In this document: piece by piece, positions 31,880-41,579 of the stretch | How positions within the stretch are numbered: the first letter of the stretch is position 1 | How the letters are laid out: every line of letters starts with the position of its first letter | Assembly: GCA_963833985.1 (NCBI GenBank) | Contig: CAWIAD010000002.1 | Coordinates: 2,432,001-2,496,000 of the forward strand | Source: an uncultured Planctomycetaceae bacterium | GTDB lineage: Bacteria > Planctomycetota > Planctomycetia > Isosphaerales > Isosphaeraceae | DNA length: 64,000 nt | Direction: 5' to 3' | Notes under the pieces: generated by a model | What the model saw: only the letters and a program-made list of their open reading frames with translations | Told to the model about the DNA's origin: nothing | The model's database searches: none | Translations under genes and position numbers: made by a program

Positions 31880-34800
31880 ATGAGCGTACGCCTGCTGGAG
31901 TCTCGAATCGCCGCCCTCCGCGGACAGGTCCGGAGGCTGCTCGTCTTTCACGGCGTGAGCTGGCTGGTCACCGCAGTGGTGCCGCTGGTGATCCTCGCCG
32001 GACTGGCGGACTGGCTGTTCCATCTTGACGTCTTCGTTCGCCTGGCGCTGCTGGTCGCGGTGGCGTCGGCCGGGCTCTGGGTGCTCCTGAAACTCGTCCT
32101 GCGGCCGCTGTTCGTGCGGTTCGCCGACCTCGATATCGCCATGCGGATCGAAGAGCGCTGGCCGGGCCTGCACGACCGTCTCGCCAGCACGATCCAGTTC
32201 CTGCGGCTGAGCCCCGAGGACGATCGCTTCGGCTCGCCCGCCCTCCGCGCGGCGACCATCAAGCAGGCCATCGAGGAGACCCGGGCGATTGATTTTCGCC
32301 AGGCCATCGACCGCCGGCCGATCCTCCGCGCGGCCGCCATGGCGCTGGGCTGCCTGGCCCTGGCCGGGCTCTTCGGCGTCTTTGACCCCGCGTCCAGCCG
32401 GCTCGCCCTCAAGCGGCTCTTCGTTCCCTGGGCCGGAGATCGCTGGCCCCAGCAAACGCACCTGGCTCTGGACGAGGCCGGAACGACCCTGAAGATCGCC
32501 CGTGGTGACTCGTTCGCGCTGGCGGTCCAGGTGCGCCGCGGCGATCGCATCCCGGACACCGCGCGGGTGAGCTACCGGTTCCTCGACGGCGAAGAGATCA
32601 CCGAGCCGCTTCGGCCCGGCGACGGGGGCGCCTTCCGCGGCCGCATCGAGACGGTCAACCAGCCGTTCAAGTTCTCGGTGGCCGGCGGCGACGACAGCAC
32701 GTCGATCCGCGACGTCGAGGTCAAGGTGGTTCCTCCTCCGGCCATCAGCCGGCTCAATATCCGCCTCGTCTCGCCCCAGTACACGGGGCTGGGAACCCAG
32801 ACCCTGGCCGCCGGGCTCACCTCGTTCCGGGTTCTCGAGGGGACTCGCGTCGAGCTCGACGCGCAGGTGAACAAGGCGCTGGCGTCCGCCGAGCTGTTCC
32901 TGGGTGAACGGTCCTCCCCGCAGAAAGTTGCGTTTGGGCCCGGTCAAACCAGCTTTCAGGCGAGCTTCCCGGTCAAGGAGAACGTGTCGTTCTGGTTCGC
33001 ACTCAAGGACACCGAAGGGTTCCGCGACCGCGACTCCGTGCGCCACGATGTGCGCATGTTCAAGGACGAGGCGCCGCGCGTGGTCATGGACGAACCGCGG
33101 AGCGATCGCGACGTCCCCGCGGACGCCCTGGTACCGATCCATCTCGAGGTGGACGACGACTTTGGCATCCATTCAGCGCGGCTGCTGTACAAGATCTCCA
33201 CAGGCGATTCCGAACCTCACGACGCCGTGGTCATCCCGCTCTGGTCGGCGCCCGCCCAGGAGCCCCAGCTGGCCCAGCCGGCTTATGTCAAGCACCAGGA
33301 GATCGCCTACGAGTGGAGCCTGGCTCCGCTCAAGCTGGCGATCGGCTCCATCATCACCCTGCATGCCGACGCACGTGACTTTGATACGGTGAGCGGACCG
33401 AATGTGGGCAAGAGCCGCGAGCTGAGGCTGCGGATCGTCTCCAAGGAAGACGCCTCCCGGCAGCTCGACGACGGCCGCCGCGAGCTGCGTGAGGAGATTG
33501 CCCGCATTCTCGCGATGCAGCGCCAGGCGATCACCCCGGTCGAGGACGCCGCGCGTACGCTCGCGCGGACGGACCGCCTGCCGCGCACCCAGCGCGACAG
33601 CCTGAACAATGCCGGCCTGATCCAGCGGCAGGTGGGCAGCCGGATGAGCAACCGCGATGAAGGGCTCGAGCAGAAGCTGCGCCGGCTGCTCGATGATCTG
33701 CGTAATTTCAAGATCGCCAACCCTGATGCCCAGCAGCAGATGCAGAACATGCTGGGCCAGCTTGCCATGCTCCGCGACCGCCATCTCGGCCCCGCCGAAC
33801 AGGGTCTCAGCCAGGCCGGCAAGAGCCTGGCGCAGATCCCGGAATCGCAGCCGACACCCGCCGGCCGCGAGGACCAGGGCCAGAAGCCGCAGGACGGCCA
33901 GCCCCAGGAGTCCGGCAAGAACGCCACTCCCCCGCCGGACGCCACGCAGGGTCCGTCCAGGAACTCGCAGGCGTCCAGGGCGGCCGACCAGCAAGACGCC
34001 GCCGGCCGGCAGACGCCCGCCCAGGCTGCCGGCAAGCCGGCGAACGACCCCGCCGAGAGCCGGAAGACTGCCGGGCAGCCATCCCAGGAAGGCACGAAGA
34101 ACCAGGCGTCGCAGCCATCCCAGGAGGGCGCGAAGAACCAGGCGTCGCAGCCATCCCAGGAGGGCACGAAGAACCAGGCGTCGCAGCCATCCCAGGAGGG
34201 CGCGAAGAACCAGGCGTCGCAGCCATCCCAGGAGGGCACGAAGAACCAGGCGTCGCAGCCATCCCAGGAGGGCGCGAAGAATCCGGCGTCGCAGGCGCCG
34301 CAAGACATCGCCCGCCGCTCGCTCGCGGAAGCGAAGACGAATCAGAAGGCGATCGCCGACGAGCTTCAGAAGATGCTCGAGAGCCTGGGCGAGTTCGAGA
34401 GCTACCGGGGCGTGGTCAAGGATGCGCAGGCCCTGCTGAAGAAGCAGGAAGAGACGATGAAGCAGGCGGCCGAGGCGGCCACCCGTCCCGACCTGATGGG
34501 CAAGTCGGCCGATGCCCTCTCGCAAGAACAGAAGGCCGAGCTGGGCAACCTCTCCTCACGTCAGTCCGATCTGGCCAAGAATCTCCAGAACTTGCAGGAG
34601 CGCATGGACGACCTGGGCAAGCGGCTGGAGGAGTCTGATCCGCTGGCCGCCTCGGCAATGCGCGAGGCCGCCAGCAAGAGCCGCCAGCAAGGGACCAGCG
34701 GCAAGATGGGGCAGGCCGCCGAGCAGCTCGACAAGAACCAGATGGGCCAGGCTCGCGCCCAGCAGGACAAGGCCCGCCAGGAGCTGCGCGAGCTTGTCGA

Positions 34801-35878
34801 CGCGGTGCAGAACCGCCGCGAGCGCGAGCTATCGCGGCTGGTCAAGGAGCTGAAGAAGGCCGAATCCGAGATGCGCGAGCTGCGCAAGCGGCAGGCCCAG
34901 AACCTCAAGGCCACGCGCGACGCGAAGCAAAACCCGAACGCCCAGGAGCGCAAGAACCAGCTCAAGAAGCTGGCCAAGGAGCAGGAGCAGATTCAGCAGG
35001 AGCTCAAGCGGCAGCTCCAGAGGCTGGCCAAGCTGGCCGCCGACCGGGCCGGACGGGCGGCCTCGGATGCCTCGGGTAAGATGTCCAAGGCGCAGCAGGA
35101 GCTCGACCAGGACCAGGGAGATGAGGCAGACAAGAACGAGGAAGAAGCCCTGGCTGACCTGAATGACGCCCAGGACGAGCTCGAGCAGGACCGCAAGGAT
35201 GCCAAGGAGCGGCTGGCCATGGAGCAGCTTGCCCGCATGGGCGACCAGCTCAAGTCACTCGCCGAGCGGCAGGCCAAGATGGTCACCGATACCGAAAGCT
35301 ACGACAATCTCCGCAAGCAGGCCGACGGCAAGCTCACCATCGCTCAGCGTGCCGGGGTCCGCGGTCTGGGACAGATCCAGTCCGGGCTGAAGGACGAGAC
35401 GACCGGGCTTGTTGAACAGCTTGAAGGTGCGCCTGTCTTCTCGCTGACACTCAAGCAGGCCGCCGAGAACATGGAGCAGGCGGCCGAGCGGCTCCAGGCC
35501 ACCAAGACCGACGAAGAAACCCAGAAGGCTATCAAGTCGGCGGCGCACCGTTACCAGCAGCTCATTGATGCGCTCAAGGCCGATGAGGCCAAGCAGCAGG
35601 CTGGCGGCGGAGGGGGCGGTGGCGGCGGTGGAGGAGGAGGCGGGGCCGGCCAGAACGGAGGCGACGGGATTCCCGCGACGGCGCAGCTCAAGATGCTCAA
35701 GACCTTGCAGCAAGAGCTCAACGAGCGGACCGAGGCGTTCGACGAGCTGCGGCGGAGAAACCAGAAGCTGACGCCCGACCAGACCAGGGACGCCGACCGG
35801 CTGGCCACCGACCAGGGCGCTCTGGCCGACCTCGTGCGCGATCTGACCAAGCCCAGACGGGACGACGGGGAGGAATGA
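31880..35878 (+). CDS. Large membrane-anchored coiled-coil protein (DUF4175-like architecture)
   Basis: N-terminal TM helices, Ig-like region (DDDFGI), long Q/E/K-rich coiled coil, internal tandem repeat and poly-Gly. Confidence 0.85.
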   Translation: MSVRLLESRIAALRGQVRRLLVFHGVSWLVTAVVPLVILAGLADWLFHLDVFVRLALLVAVASAGLWVLLKLVLRPLFVRFADLDIAMRIEERWPGLHDRLASTIQFLRLSPEDDRFGSPALRAATIKQAIEETRAIDFRQAIDRRPILRAAAMALGCLALAGLFGVFDPASSRLALKRLFVPWAGDRWPQQTHLALDEAGTTLKIARGDSFALAVQVRRGDRIPDTARVSYRFLDGEEITEPLRPGDGGAFRGRIETVNQPFKFSVAGGDDSTSIRDVEVKVVPPPAISRLNIRLVSPQYTGLGTQTLAAGLTSFRVLEGTRVELDAQVNKALASAELFLGERSSPQKVAFGPGQTSFQASFPVKENVSFWFALKDTEGFRDRDSVRHDVRMFKDEAPRVVMDEPRSDRDVPADALVPIHLEVDDDFGIHSARLLYKISTGDSEPHDAVVIPLWSAPAQEPQLAQPAYVKHQEIAYEWSLAPLKLAIGSIITLHADARDFDTVSGPNVGKSRELRLRIVSKEDASRQLDDGRRELREEIARILAMQRQAITPVEDAARTLARTDRLPRTQRDSLNNAGLIQRQVGSRMSNRDEGLEQKLRRLLDDLRNFKIANPDAQQQMQNMLGQLAMLRDRHLGPAEQGLSQAGKSLAQIPESQPTPAGREDQGQKPQDGQPQESGKNATPPPDATQGPSRNSQASRAADQQDAAGRQTPAQAAGKPANDPAESRKTAGQPSQEGTKNQASQPSQEGAKNQASQPSQEGTKNQASQPSQEGAKNQASQPSQEGTKNQASQPSQEGAKNPASQAPQDIARRSLAEAKTNQKAIADELQKMLESLGEFESYRGVVKDAQALLKKQEETMKQAAEAATRPDLMGKSADALSQEQKAELGNLSSRQSDLAKNLQNLQERMDDLGKRLEESDPLAASAMREAASKSRQQGTSGKMGQAAEQLDKNQMGQARAQQDKARQELRELVDAVQNRRERELSRLVKELKKAESEMRELRKRQAQNLKATRDAKQNPNAQERKNQLKKLAKEQEQIQQELKRQLQRLAKLAADRAGRAASDASGKMSKAQQELDQDQGDEADKNEEEALADLNDAQDELEQDRKDAKERLAMEQLARMGDQLKSLAERQAKMVTDTESYDNLRKQADGKLTIAQRAGVRGLGQIQSGLKDETTGLVEQLEGAPVFSLTLKQAAENMEQAAERLQATKTDEETQKAIKSAAHRYQQLIDALKADEAKQQAGGGGGGGGGGGGGGAGQNGGDGIPATAQLKMLKTLQQELNERTEAFDELRRRNQKLTPDQTRDADRLATDQGALADLVRDLTKPRRDDGEE
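34076..34291 (+). repeat. Six 36-bp in-frame tandem repeats (3 x 72-bp higher order)
   Basis: CAGCCATCCCAGGAGGGC(A/G)CGAAGAACCAGGCGTCG x6, encoding QPSQEG(T/A)KNQAS with strict T/A alternation. Confidence 0.97.
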
Positions 35879-36921
35879 CCATGATCTTCGATCGGATGCT
35901 GATGCCGGCCCTCGCACTGGCCACCGCCATCGCCTGGTGCGGCCCCGCAGGCGCCGAGGAGACCGGCAAGAGCGAGGACGAGGCGCTCGATTCCCTGCTC
36001 CAGAAGCTGGAGCGTCCCGGCGGCGACCTGACGTCGAAAAAAGAATCGCAGGGCTCGAAGCCGCAGACCGCGGGAGCCGACGGTAAGGCGGCTGCCAGGC
36101 CGTCCGGCACGATCGCACCGAGCCGCGGCGAGAAGGCAGGGAAGGACGGCAAGCCCGCCACGAAGGCTGCCAGTGGCGGCAAGAACGGCTCCGGCGAGGT
36201 CGCGACGCAAGACAAGGAAATTGACGAGCTGCTCGAGAAGCTCGGCGAGACCAGGGACGAGCCGGCGGCCGAGGAGCACTCGCGTTCGCGGTCCCAGCCC
36301 GTCGAGCCCGACGGCCCGTCACGGCCTGACGCCGGTGGAGGCCCTGAGCACAAGACCAAACCCAGCAGCAAGCCCAGGTCCGCAGAGCAGGGGCTCGAGG
36401 GCAAGGACAAGGAGCTCGATGCGAAGCTCGAGGAGTTGCTCGGCAAGAAGCGGAAGAAGAACCGCGAGCAGCAGGAAGACGGCTCTGGCCCGCTCGGCGA
36501 GATCATCAAGGAGATGCGTGACGTCGAGCAGCGCCTGGGAAAGCCGGAGACCGGCGATGACACGCAGTCCAGGCAGAAGCAGATCGTCAAGCGGATCGAG
36601 ACCCTGATCCAGCAGATCAAGCAGTCGGGCTCGTCCGGCTCGATGGCCATGCGCATGGTGCGGCAGCCCGGGCAGAAGCCCGGCAACCAGCAAGGGCAGA
36701 ACCCCGGCGCCAATGCCGCCGGAGCACCACCCATGAAACCCATGAAACCTTCGGACCGCCATGCCCCGGCCGGCGGACAGGACGTCTGGGGCCACCTGCC
36801 TCCGGAGCTGAGGCAAGAGATGGAGAACAGCTTCAAGGAAGAAGCGCTCGATACGAAGGCCGAGCTGATCCGCCGCTATTACCTTTCGGTTGCCAAGCAG
36901 CGCCTGGTGCGGGGGGACTGA
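35875..36921 (+). CDS. Exported low-complexity/coiled-coil hypothetical protein
   Basis: Signal peptide, ATGA overlap with the upstream stop, C-terminal WGHLPPELRQEM...ELIRRYY. Confidence 0.85.
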   Translation: MTMIFDRMLMPALALATAIAWCGPAGAEETGKSEDEALDSLLQKLERPGGDLTSKKESQGSKPQTAGADGKAAARPSGTIAPSRGEKAGKDGKPATKAASGGKNGSGEVATQDKEIDELLEKLGETRDEPAAEEHSRSRSQPVEPDGPSRPDAGGGPEHKTKPSSKPRSAEQGLEGKDKELDAKLEELLGKKRKKNREQQEDGSGPLGEIIKEMRDVEQRLGKPETGDDTQSRQKQIVKRIETLIQQIKQSGSSGSMAMRMVRQPGQKPGNQQGQNPGANAAGAPPMKPMKPSDRHAPAGGQDVWGHLPPELRQEMENSFKEEALDTKAELIRRYYLSVAKQRLVRGD

Positions 36922-36924
36922 TCC

Positions 36925-38046
36925 ATGAAACGGCGAGACATCATGGCCAGTTGGCATCTGTTCCTCGTGGCGGCCATTGCCCTGGCCGGCATGCTGGCGA
37001 GCCGGAGCGCCACGGCCCAGACGAAGTCTGACGGTGCCGGTAAGGAAAACTCCAAGTCAGTGGGCGCCTTCGGGGAGGGCCGGCGCGGGGACGTTCCCGA
37101 AGGCACCGCCGAGATGCTCACGCCCGACACCGACAAGGCCATCGAGAGCGGCCTGGAATGGCTTGCCCACGCACAGAACGCCGATGGCTCGTTCGGCACC
37201 GGAACCTACCGGGGCAACATCGCCGTGACCAGCCTGGCCGGCCTGGCGTTCATGTCCAACGGCTCCAGCCCCGGCCGCGGCCCCTACGGTCCCCAGATCG
37301 ACAAGGCCCTTGGCTACGTGATGGAGAACACCTCGCCCTCAGGCTTCATCGCCGTGGCATCCTCGTCGACGCACGGCCCGATGTACTCGCACGGCTTCGG
37401 GGCCCTGTTCCTTGCCGAAGCCTACGGCATGACGCACCGGGCGGACATCCGCGAGAAGCTCCAGAAAGCCGTGCGGCTGATCATCGATACGCAGAATAAC
37501 GAGGGTGGCTGGCGCTATCAGCCGGTGCGCAGGGATGCCGATCTCTCGGTCACCATCTGCCAGATCAACGCCCTCCGCGCTGCACGCAACGCGGGCCTGT
37601 ACGTCCCCAAGGAGACGGTCGAAGCCTGCATTCGCTACGTCAAGCAGTCTCAGAACCCGGACGGCGGCTTCCGCTACATGCTCCAGGGAGGCGCCAGCGC
37701 CTTTCCACGCTCGGCCGCGGGAGTGGTCGCCCTGCAAAGTGCAGGCGAGTACGACAACAAGGAAATTCGTGACGGAATCTCCTATCTTCGCCAGTACATG
37801 AAAGAGATCAAGCTGGGCAGCCGATACAGCCACTACTATTACGGCCACTACTACGCGGCCCAGGCGATGTGGATCCGCGGGGGTGAGGACTGGACCGAAT
37901 GGTTCCCGGCGATCCGCGCCGAGTTGCTCCGCCGCCAGTCCACGTCGGGCTACTGGACCGACAGCATCTGCAACGAGTACGGTACGGCGATGGCCCTCAT
38001 CATCTTGCAAATCCCCAACAATTACCTGCCCATCTTCCAGCGTTAA
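36925..38046 (+). CDS. Secreted prenyltransferase/squalene-cyclase repeat (alpha/alpha barrel) protein
   Basis: QW-like repeats QNADGSF, QNNEGGWRY, QNPDGGFRY and RQSTSGYW; signal peptide. Confidence 0.88.
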   Translation: MKRRDIMASWHLFLVAAIALAGMLASRSATAQTKSDGAGKENSKSVGAFGEGRRGDVPEGTAEMLTPDTDKAIESGLEWLAHAQNADGSFGTGTYRGNIAVTSLAGLAFMSNGSSPGRGPYGPQIDKALGYVMENTSPSGFIAVASSSTHGPMYSHGFGALFLAEAYGMTHRADIREKLQKAVRLIIDTQNNEGGWRYQPVRRDADLSVTICQINALRAARNAGLYVPKETVEACIRYVKQSQNPDGGFRYMLQGGASAFPRSAAGVVALQSAGEYDNKEIRDGISYLRQYMKEIKLGSRYSHYYYGHYYAAQAMWIRGGEDWTEWFPAIRAELLRRQSTSGYWTDSICNEYGTAMALIILQIPNNYLPIFQR

Positions 38047-38067
38047 CCGCGCGAGGTCCAGGCCGTC

Positions 38068-39328
38068 ATGTTGCGTGTGCGTGGTCGTCACCGGTTCGGC
38101 TTGCTCTCTCTGGCAGTTGCCGTCGCGCTCGGGACCGCCGCCGGATCAGGCGGTGCGCGTGGAATGGCAGGCGAGGCCTCGCCTGCGGCCGGCGGCCCGG
38201 TCTTTCGCGGCCTCCGGGTCGATGGCACCAGCGTCGCGGGGAAGCTTCAGGGCTTCACGGCGGATTCCGTCGTCCTGGCGGTGGACGAAAAGCAGAAGCT
38301 GGAGCTGCCACTCCGCACCCTGGTCAAGCTCACGCGGGATCCCCGCGTGCCCACCCTGGCGGTCGAGGGCTCTCATGTCCTGCTGCCCGAGGGCGACCGC
38401 CTGATGCGGGTGATCGTTGGCGCATCGACCGATACCGCCGTCGAGGTGCAATCCCAGTCGGCACTCGGCAAGCTCGCGGTTCCGCTGGAGTCCATCCTCG
38501 GGCTGGTTCTCACCGCGCCCGGTGAGTCGGAAGGGTTCGACCAGCTCTGGAACCGTGTGGCCGGCGAACCCAGGACCACCGAGGTCGTCTGGATGGCCAA
38601 CGGCGACCGCATGACCGGCGGGTTCCTCGGTCTCGATGACCGCGCCGTCAGGCTCCAGGTTGACGCCAAGCCCGTGGAGATCGATCGCACCGGGGTGGTC
38701 GCCGTGGGGTTTGATCCGGCGCTGGTCGCCTACCCCCAGCGTCCAGCCGCGTACCTTGATCTGACCTTGACCGATGGCTCGCGGTTCGGCGTCACCGGCG
38801 CGGATCGAGCGGGGACAGTTGCTCGCGACCACGCGGTTCGGCCAGACCGTCTCCCTGCCACTGGCCGAACTGGCCCGTCTCGATTCGCGTACCGACGCGG
38901 TGGTCTATCTCACCGAGCGCAAGGTGGCCGCGCAGAGCAACTCCGGTTACCTGGGCGCACCGCGCCCTGTGCGCAGCGATCGCACCGTGGACGGCCACCT
39001 CTTCCAGCTCGGCGGACAGACCTATGATCGCGGGCTGGGAACGCAAAGCCAGACGCTGCTGGCCTACAAGATCGAGCCCGGCGACCGCCGCTTCCAGGCG
39101 CTCGTGGGTGTGGACGATCGCGCGGGGCCGCTGGGCAATGTGGTCTTTCGCGTGTTGACCGATCGAAACCCGAGGTTCACGTCGCCCCCGCTTTCCGCGA
39201 GGGACGCGCCGCGGGGCATTGATATCGACCTGGGCAATGCCAGGCTGCTGATCCTCGTCACCGAGTTTGGTGAGCGGGGCGACGTTCGCGACCTGGCCGA
39301 CTGGGTCGAGGCAAGGATCATTCGCTAG
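38068..39328 (+). CDS. Exported NPCBM/NEW2 domain protein; frameshift at ~38800
   Basis: Signal peptide; C-terminal YDRGLGTQS...FQALVGVDD...GNVVF...DLADWVEARI. Confidence 0.82.
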
Positions 39329-39446
39329 ACGCGGCGATGCTGCGGATGGTTGCGGCGGTCGCACCAGCCTCGTGTGGAGGCATGACAATTGCACGGTTGT
39401 GAGGCGCAAGTGTTCTTTGCGGCCGTCACGGCCCCAAGGTGAAACC

Positions 39447-40160
39447 ATGGACAGGACGGACCTCAGACCCTACCTGGGCCATCTTTGCTCGTCAGCCGGG
39501 CATCTCATCATCAACTGTTTCAGCACGATTGTCAGCCAGGGGGAGATTGTGCGCACGCTCACCGAATCGGGGGGGGCACAATCTCATCAGGAGATCCTCC
39601 ACAGGATCGACACGATCATCCGCACTGCGCTCGATGCGGCCGGCACCGCCAGGCGGTTGATCGACTTCAGCCACGAATGCACGGCGATCGAACTGGATGA
39701 GTCGGGTCGGGCAACGGGGCTCGTTCAGCTCGATCGCCTGCTCGCCGAACTGGTCGCCGCGGAGAAGGCCAGGCTTGCATCGGCGGCGAACTGGGTCCTG
39801 AAGCTGGAACCGGTGCCGCCCATCCGCGGCCATGCCGAAGCTTTGCGGGCGATGTTCCGGCAGTTCTTCCTGAATGCCGTCGAGTCGTTCCCGCAGGGCA
39901 CGGGAACCATCACGATCTCCACCCGGACCGACGCGCAGAACTGGCTGTCCGTGGAGATTCTCGACGACGGTTCAGGTATGGAAGACGAGGCGCTACAGCG
40001 TGCCTTCGAGCCGTTCTACAGTACCAAGCCGGACCATGGCGGCATCGGCCTGGCCATTGCCCGAAGCATCTGGCGCAGGCATCGCGGGACGATCTCACTG
40101 GAGAGCCTGCCCGAGCAAGGGACCGTAGTCCGACTCTCGGCCGCTGGCCTGGAAACCTGA
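39447..40160 (+). CDS. Sensor-less histidine kinase-like protein (degenerate H box + HATPase_c)
   Basis: N box FLNAVES, G1 DDGSGM, F box AFEPFYSTK, G2 GGIGLAIA. Confidence 0.85.
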   Translation: MDRTDLRPYLGHLCSSAGHLIINCFSTIVSQGEIVRTLTESGGAQSHQEILHRIDTIIRTALDAAGTARRLIDFSHECTAIELDESGRATGLVQLDRLLAELVAAEKARLASAANWVLKLEPVPPIRGHAEALRAMFRQFFLNAVESFPQGTGTITISTRTDAQNWLSVEILDDGSGMEDEALQRAFEPFYSTKPDHGGIGLAIARSIWRRHRGTISLESLPEQGTVVRLSAAGLET

Positions 40161-40175
40161 GCTCGCGGGCACGAA

Positions 40176-41566
40176 TCACCCGAAGATCGCGGTGATCGGC
40201 TGGCCGGCCGCGATCGGCAAGGGCCGATTCAGGCCGTCGTGAACCTCCGTGGCCGGGTCGATGCCGAGCACCAGTACATGGTGGCGGCGATGTCGTCGGG
40301 CGTGACCGGGTCGGCCGCGGGGTAGGCGCCGAGGCGGTCGCTGGAGCCGAACACGGCGCCGGGGATGGTTCCGCCGCCGGCGAAGAGAACCGTGTAGCAG
40401 AAGGGCCAGTGATCGCGCCCGTCCGGGCCGAACTGCTTGGTGTTCATCACTCTGGGCGTACGCCCGAACTCCCCCATCCAGACCACGAGTGTCTCCTCCA
40501 GTAAACCGCGGGCGGCAAGGTCGCGGATGAGCGTGGGGACTGTCTGGTCGGTGATGGGCAGAAGCCTCTGCTTGAGCTGGTTGAAATTATCGCCGTGCGT
40601 GTCCCAGCCGCCATTGCCTTTGCCGCCGATCGAGGCCGAGTAATAGACCGAGACGAACCGCACTCCGGCCTCGACGAGCCTGCGGGCCAGCAGGCAGCTT
40701 TGACCGTACGTGGTACGGCCGTAGTCGTCGCGCAGGCGGGCGGGCTCGTGCGACAGGTCGAACGCCTGCTTGACGCGTGGTGCGGCCAGCATGGTCAGTG
40801 CGCGGCTGTAGAACGCGTCGATGCCCCGGGCCGTTTCCGACCAGGTCTCGAGATCGGTCTGAGCGTCGATGAGCTGCTGCATGCTTCGCCGGTCATCAAG
40901 GCGAGACAGGGGCAGGTGCTCGGGCAGGGTCAGCTCGGGAAGCCGGAACGAGGCGCGGTTGGGGTCCTGGCCGATGAAGAACGGATCAAACGCCTTGCCC
41001 AGGAAGCTGGCGTGCTGTCCGGGCGTGACGCTGCCATCGCGCAGGACGTGGGGAAACGCCACGAAGCTGGGCATCGCCGGGTCGTCAGCCGGCCGCAGGC
41101 GTGCGACGGTGCTGCCGTAGGCGGGGTAGAGCTCCTGCGTATCGCGGAGGCGGATGTCGTCCAGCGGCGGGGCATGCCCGGTCAGGCTGTAGTAGGTGGC
41201 CGAGTTATGGTTCCGCATCTTGTGGTGCACCGAGCGCACCTGCGCAAAGCGGTCCAGTACGGTGGAGAAGCGCGGCAGATGCTCGGTGATCGTGAGTCCG
41301 GGCTGGCCGGTGGCGATCGGCCGGAACTCGCCGCGGATCCCGTCAGGCGCACCCGGCTTCATGTCGAACGTATCGATGTGTGACGGGCCGCCGAACTGGT
41401 GCAGGAAGATGATGTTCCGCGCGCGCGGCCGGAGGCTGCTGCCCCTCTCCGCGGCGCTCAGCCATTGGCCCAGGTTCAGCCCCGCGATGCCCGCGGTTCC
41501 CGCACGCAGCAAGGCACGCCGCGACAACCGGCAGGCGGCTCGATAATCTCCACAGGCACGCGCCAT
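40176..41566 (-). CDS. DUF1501 domain protein; frameshift at ~40270
   Basis: LSRRALL Tat-like motif, GGPSHIDTFDMKP, CLLARRLVEAGVRFV, WDTH, GEFGRTP, GRDHW; the C-terminus LGIDP...PITAIFG* lies in the shifted frame. Confidence 0.92.
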
Positions 41567-41579
41567 GGCTGGGACTCCC

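Noticed and set aside
34076..34291. 36-bp repeats resembling a CRISPR array
   Set aside because: The units are contiguous with no spacers, are in frame within a CDS, and have no cas genes nearby
36925..38046. Squalene-hopene cyclase
   Set aside because: Too short (373 aa), carries a signal peptide and lacks the DXDD motif
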